NCBI RefSeq assembly: GCF_009914755.1
Contig: NC_060936.1
Source of the DNA: the human T2T-CHM13v2.0 reference genome, Homo sapiens
DNA: 64,000 nucleotides
Reading direction: 5' to 3' (one strand)
The stretch's first letter is position 1, and each line of letters opens with the position of its first letter. Below the pieces are notes generated by a model. That model was given only the letters and a program-made list of their open reading frames with translations, made no database searches and was not told where the DNA came from. Positions 60,970-64,000 of the stretch are shown here, piece by piece. The translations under genes were made by a program, and so were the position numbers.

Positions 60970-63667
60970 TGATATGGTTTGGATTTGTGTCCCTGCCCAA
61001 ATCTCATGTTGAATTGCAACCTCCAACCTCCAGTGTTGGTGATATGGAAGTGGAGGCAGGGAAGTGCTGGGTAGAGAAAGGCAGGTCCCTGGTGAGGGCT
61101 CCACCCCAGGCCTGTGCCCACGGACCTAGGTGAGAACAGGGACTCCTGCCTTCGTGCCCAAATGTTGCATTTCCCAGGACCACCCTGGCCCACCACACCC
61201 CCATCCTGTGCCTATAAAAACCCCCAAGACCCTAGCAGGCAGGCACTCCAGCAGTTGGATGTCCAGAGAAACACATTGGCAGAGGAACACACAAATGGCT
61301 GGATGTTGAGAGGATATCAAGAACACATTGACAGGCACGCTGGCATGCCAGCAGGCCACCGACCGGCAGAACGACGTGGAGTTTGGCCGGGGTGGTTGGA
61401 GGAGAGCCCGGGCCACTGAGCGGCCCGACTCCAGGAGAAAACCATCTCCCTTCTGGCTCCACCATCTGCTGAGAGCTACTTCCACTCAATAAAACCTTGC
61501 ACTCACGGTCCAAGCCCACATGCGATCCGAGTCTTCCAGTACACCAAGGCAAGAATCCCGGGATACAGAAAGCCCTCTGTCCTTGTGATGAGGCAGGGGT
61601 CTAATTGAGCTGACTAACACAAGCCACCTATGGATAGCTAAACTAAAAGAGCACCCCGTAACACACACCCACTGGGGCTTCAGCTGTAAACATTCACTCC
61701 TAGACACTGCCATGGGGTTGGAGCCCCATAGCCCGCCTGTCTGTATGCTCCCTTAGAGGTTTGAGCAGCGGGGCACTGAAGAAGTGAGGCACACCCCCAT
61801 TGCATGGCCTACGAGGGGGACAAGGGAATTTCTCTCGTTTCATTGGGAGGTGATTGGATCATGGGGGCAGATTTCCCCCTTGCTGTTCTTGTGATAATGA
61901 GTGAGTTCTCATGAGAGCTGGTTGTTTAAAAGTGTGTGGCATCTCCCACCTTCTCTTCCTCCTTCTTGGCCTTGTAAGATGTGCCTGCTTCCCCTTTACC
62001 TTCTGCCATGATTGTAAGTTTCCTGAGGCCTGCCCAGCCATGCTTCCTGTACAGCCTGTGGAACGGTGAGTCAATTAAGCCGCTTTTCTTTACCCAGTCT
62101 CAGGTAGTTCTTTATAGCAATGCTTGAATGGACTTATATAGAAAATTGGTACCAAGAAGTGGGGGCATTGCCATACAGATACCTGAAAATGTGGAAGTGA
62201 CTTTGGAACTGCGTACCAGGCAGAGGTTGGAACAGTTTGGAGGGCTCAGAAGAAGACAGGCAGATGAGGGAAAGTTTGGAACTTCCTAGAGACTTGTTAA
62301 ATTGTTGTGACCAAAATGCTGATAGTGATATGAACAATGAAGTCCAGGGTGAGGTGGTCTCAGATGGAGATGAAAAACTTATTGGGAACTGGAGTAAAGG
62401 TCACTTTAGTTATGCATTAGCAAAGAGGATTGTGCCCCTGCCCTAGAGATCTGTGAAACTTTGAACTTGAGAGTGATGATTTTGGGTATCTGGCAGAAGA
62501 AATTCTAAGCAGCAAAATGTTCAAGACTTGGCTTGTCTGCTTCTAGCAGCCTATGCTTATATTCATGAGCAAAGAGATGATCTGAAAGTGGAACTTATAT
62601 TTAAAAAGGAAGCACAGCATAAAAGTTTGGAAAATTTGCAGCCTGACCATGTGGTAGAGAAGAAAAACCCATTTTCTGGGGAGGAATTCAAGCTGGCTTC
62701 AGAAATTTGCGTAAGTAAAGAGGAGCCCAATGTTTATAGCCAAGACAATGGGGAAAATGCTTCAAAGACATTTCTGGAGACCTGCTTGCACCATGCCTGG
62801 ATAAGCACAGGCACTCAACCCCAGCTCATGAAAGCAGCCAAGCAGCCGAGGGGGCTGTACCCTCCAGAGCCATAGGGACAGAGATGCCCAAGGCCTTGGG
62901 AGCCCACCCCTTGTACAAGTGTGCCCTGGATATGAGACATGGAGTCAGAGGAGATTATTTTGGAGATTTAAGATTTAATGACTTCCCTGCTGGGTTTCAG
63001 ACTTGCATGGGGCTTGTAGCCCCTTTGTTTTGGCTGATTTCTCCCTTTTGGAAAGGGTGTATTTACCCAATGCCTGTACCCCCATTGTATCTTAGAAGTA
63101 ACTCACTGTTTTTTATTTCACAGACTTATAGGTAGAAGGGACTTGCCTCGTCTCAGGTGAGACTTTGGGCTGCAGACTTCTGAGTTAATGCTGATATGAG
63201 TTAAGACTTGGGGGACTATTGAGAAGGGATGATTGTAGTTTGCAATTTGAGAAGGACATGAGATTTGGGAGGGGCCAGAGGTGGAATGATATGGTTTGGA
63301 TTTGTGTCCCCGCCTAAATCTCATGTTGAGTTGTAACCCTACTGTTGGAGGAGGGGCCTGGTGGGAGGTGATTGGATCATGGGGGCAGATCTCCCCCTTG
63401 CTGTTCTCATAATAGTGAGTGAGTTCTCACAAGATCTGGTTGTTTAAAAATGTGTGGCACCTCCCCTGCCCTCTTCCTCCTTCTCCAGCCATGTAAGACG
63501 TGCCTGCTTCCCTCTTGCCTTCCTCCATGATTGTAAGTTTCCTGAAGCCTCCCCAGCCATGCTTCCTGTACAGCCATGCAGAACTGTGAGTCAATTCAAC
63601 CTCTTTTCTTTATAAATTATCCAGTCTCAGGTAGTACTTTATAGCAATGTGAGAACAGACTAATACA
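60970..63667 (+). mobile_element. MST (MaLR) element LTR-int-LTR; the 5' LTR is interrupted by LTR1
   Basis: LTRs TGATATGGTTTGG... at 60970-62140 and 63287-63667; internally deleted int; flanks ATCTT/ATCTA. Confidence 0.88.
61040..61842 (+). mobile_element. LTR1-type (ERV1) solo LTR
   Basis: TG...CA ends, 4-bp TSD TTGG, TATAAAA at ~61213, AATAAA at ~61488. Confidence 0.8.
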
Positions 63668-63956
63668 ATCTACTTCAAAATGACAGAGTATTTTCCTGAA
63701 ATAATTAGACCATCATGTTTTCGAGGTGAAAATGATTGGTTTAGTGACTGGGTTGGGCCTGACCCAAGTCCAGCCAATCAGAATCAAAGAGACTCAATTC
63801 TGCAGCTTTTATGATATCTGTGAGAAGTGAATTAGCTCTTTCCTGCTGAACTTGGCATATGAAAAGCTGTAGGGGATAGAGCTGCTACTCTAATTTGCTC
63901 CCAGTAAAGCCAAGCTACTTCAAGGCAGAGGGCAGAGAGAGTACCAACTCTCTCAC

Positions 63957-64000
63957 TGATACAGGAACCAGAAAGAAATTATTTAGGCAGATAGGGTAAA
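63957..64000 (+). mobile_element. Start of an ERV1-type LTR running off the window
   Basis: TGATACAGGAACCAGAAAGAAATTATTTAGGCAGATAG resembles an ERV1 LTR 5' end. Confidence 0.5.

Overview
This is primate genomic DNA, almost certainly human: it is Alu-dense and carries a full-length SVA and an AluYa-type element. It contains the complete 4-exon CREBL2 gene on the + strand (human 12p13 from recall). The CpG-island promoter lies at ~18.7-19.6 kb. The CDS is 19328-19342, 42933-43130, 44727-44871 and 49150-49154 (120 aa, bZIP-like), followed by a ~3 kb 3'UTR ending near 52.26 kb. The rest is mostly interspersed repeats (about 50 Alus, old L1M/L2/MIR, MaLR MST and MLT1, ERV1/ERVK LTRs, an SVA) plus an Alu-fragmented RPL21 processed pseudogene in intron 1. 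No other protein-coding gene is supported; almost all listed ORFs are repeat-derived. I found no convincing new multi-gene system. The most notable signals are non-standard insertions apparently made by the LINE-1 machinery: an LTR10/HERV-I retrocopy with a 28-bp VNTR sitting back-to-back with an L1 at the same nick position, a MER41 retrocopy, a tailless U2 snRNA fragment inside an Alu, and an orphan poly(A). There is also a locally templated RPL21 pseudogene fragment. Candidate CREBL2 regulatory features are a strong uORF, a possible intronic-polyA/Alu C-terminal isoform, a possible endless-ORF circular exon 2 and a 3' CTCF motif. Repeat family names come from remembered consensus sequences and repeat boundaries are approximate.
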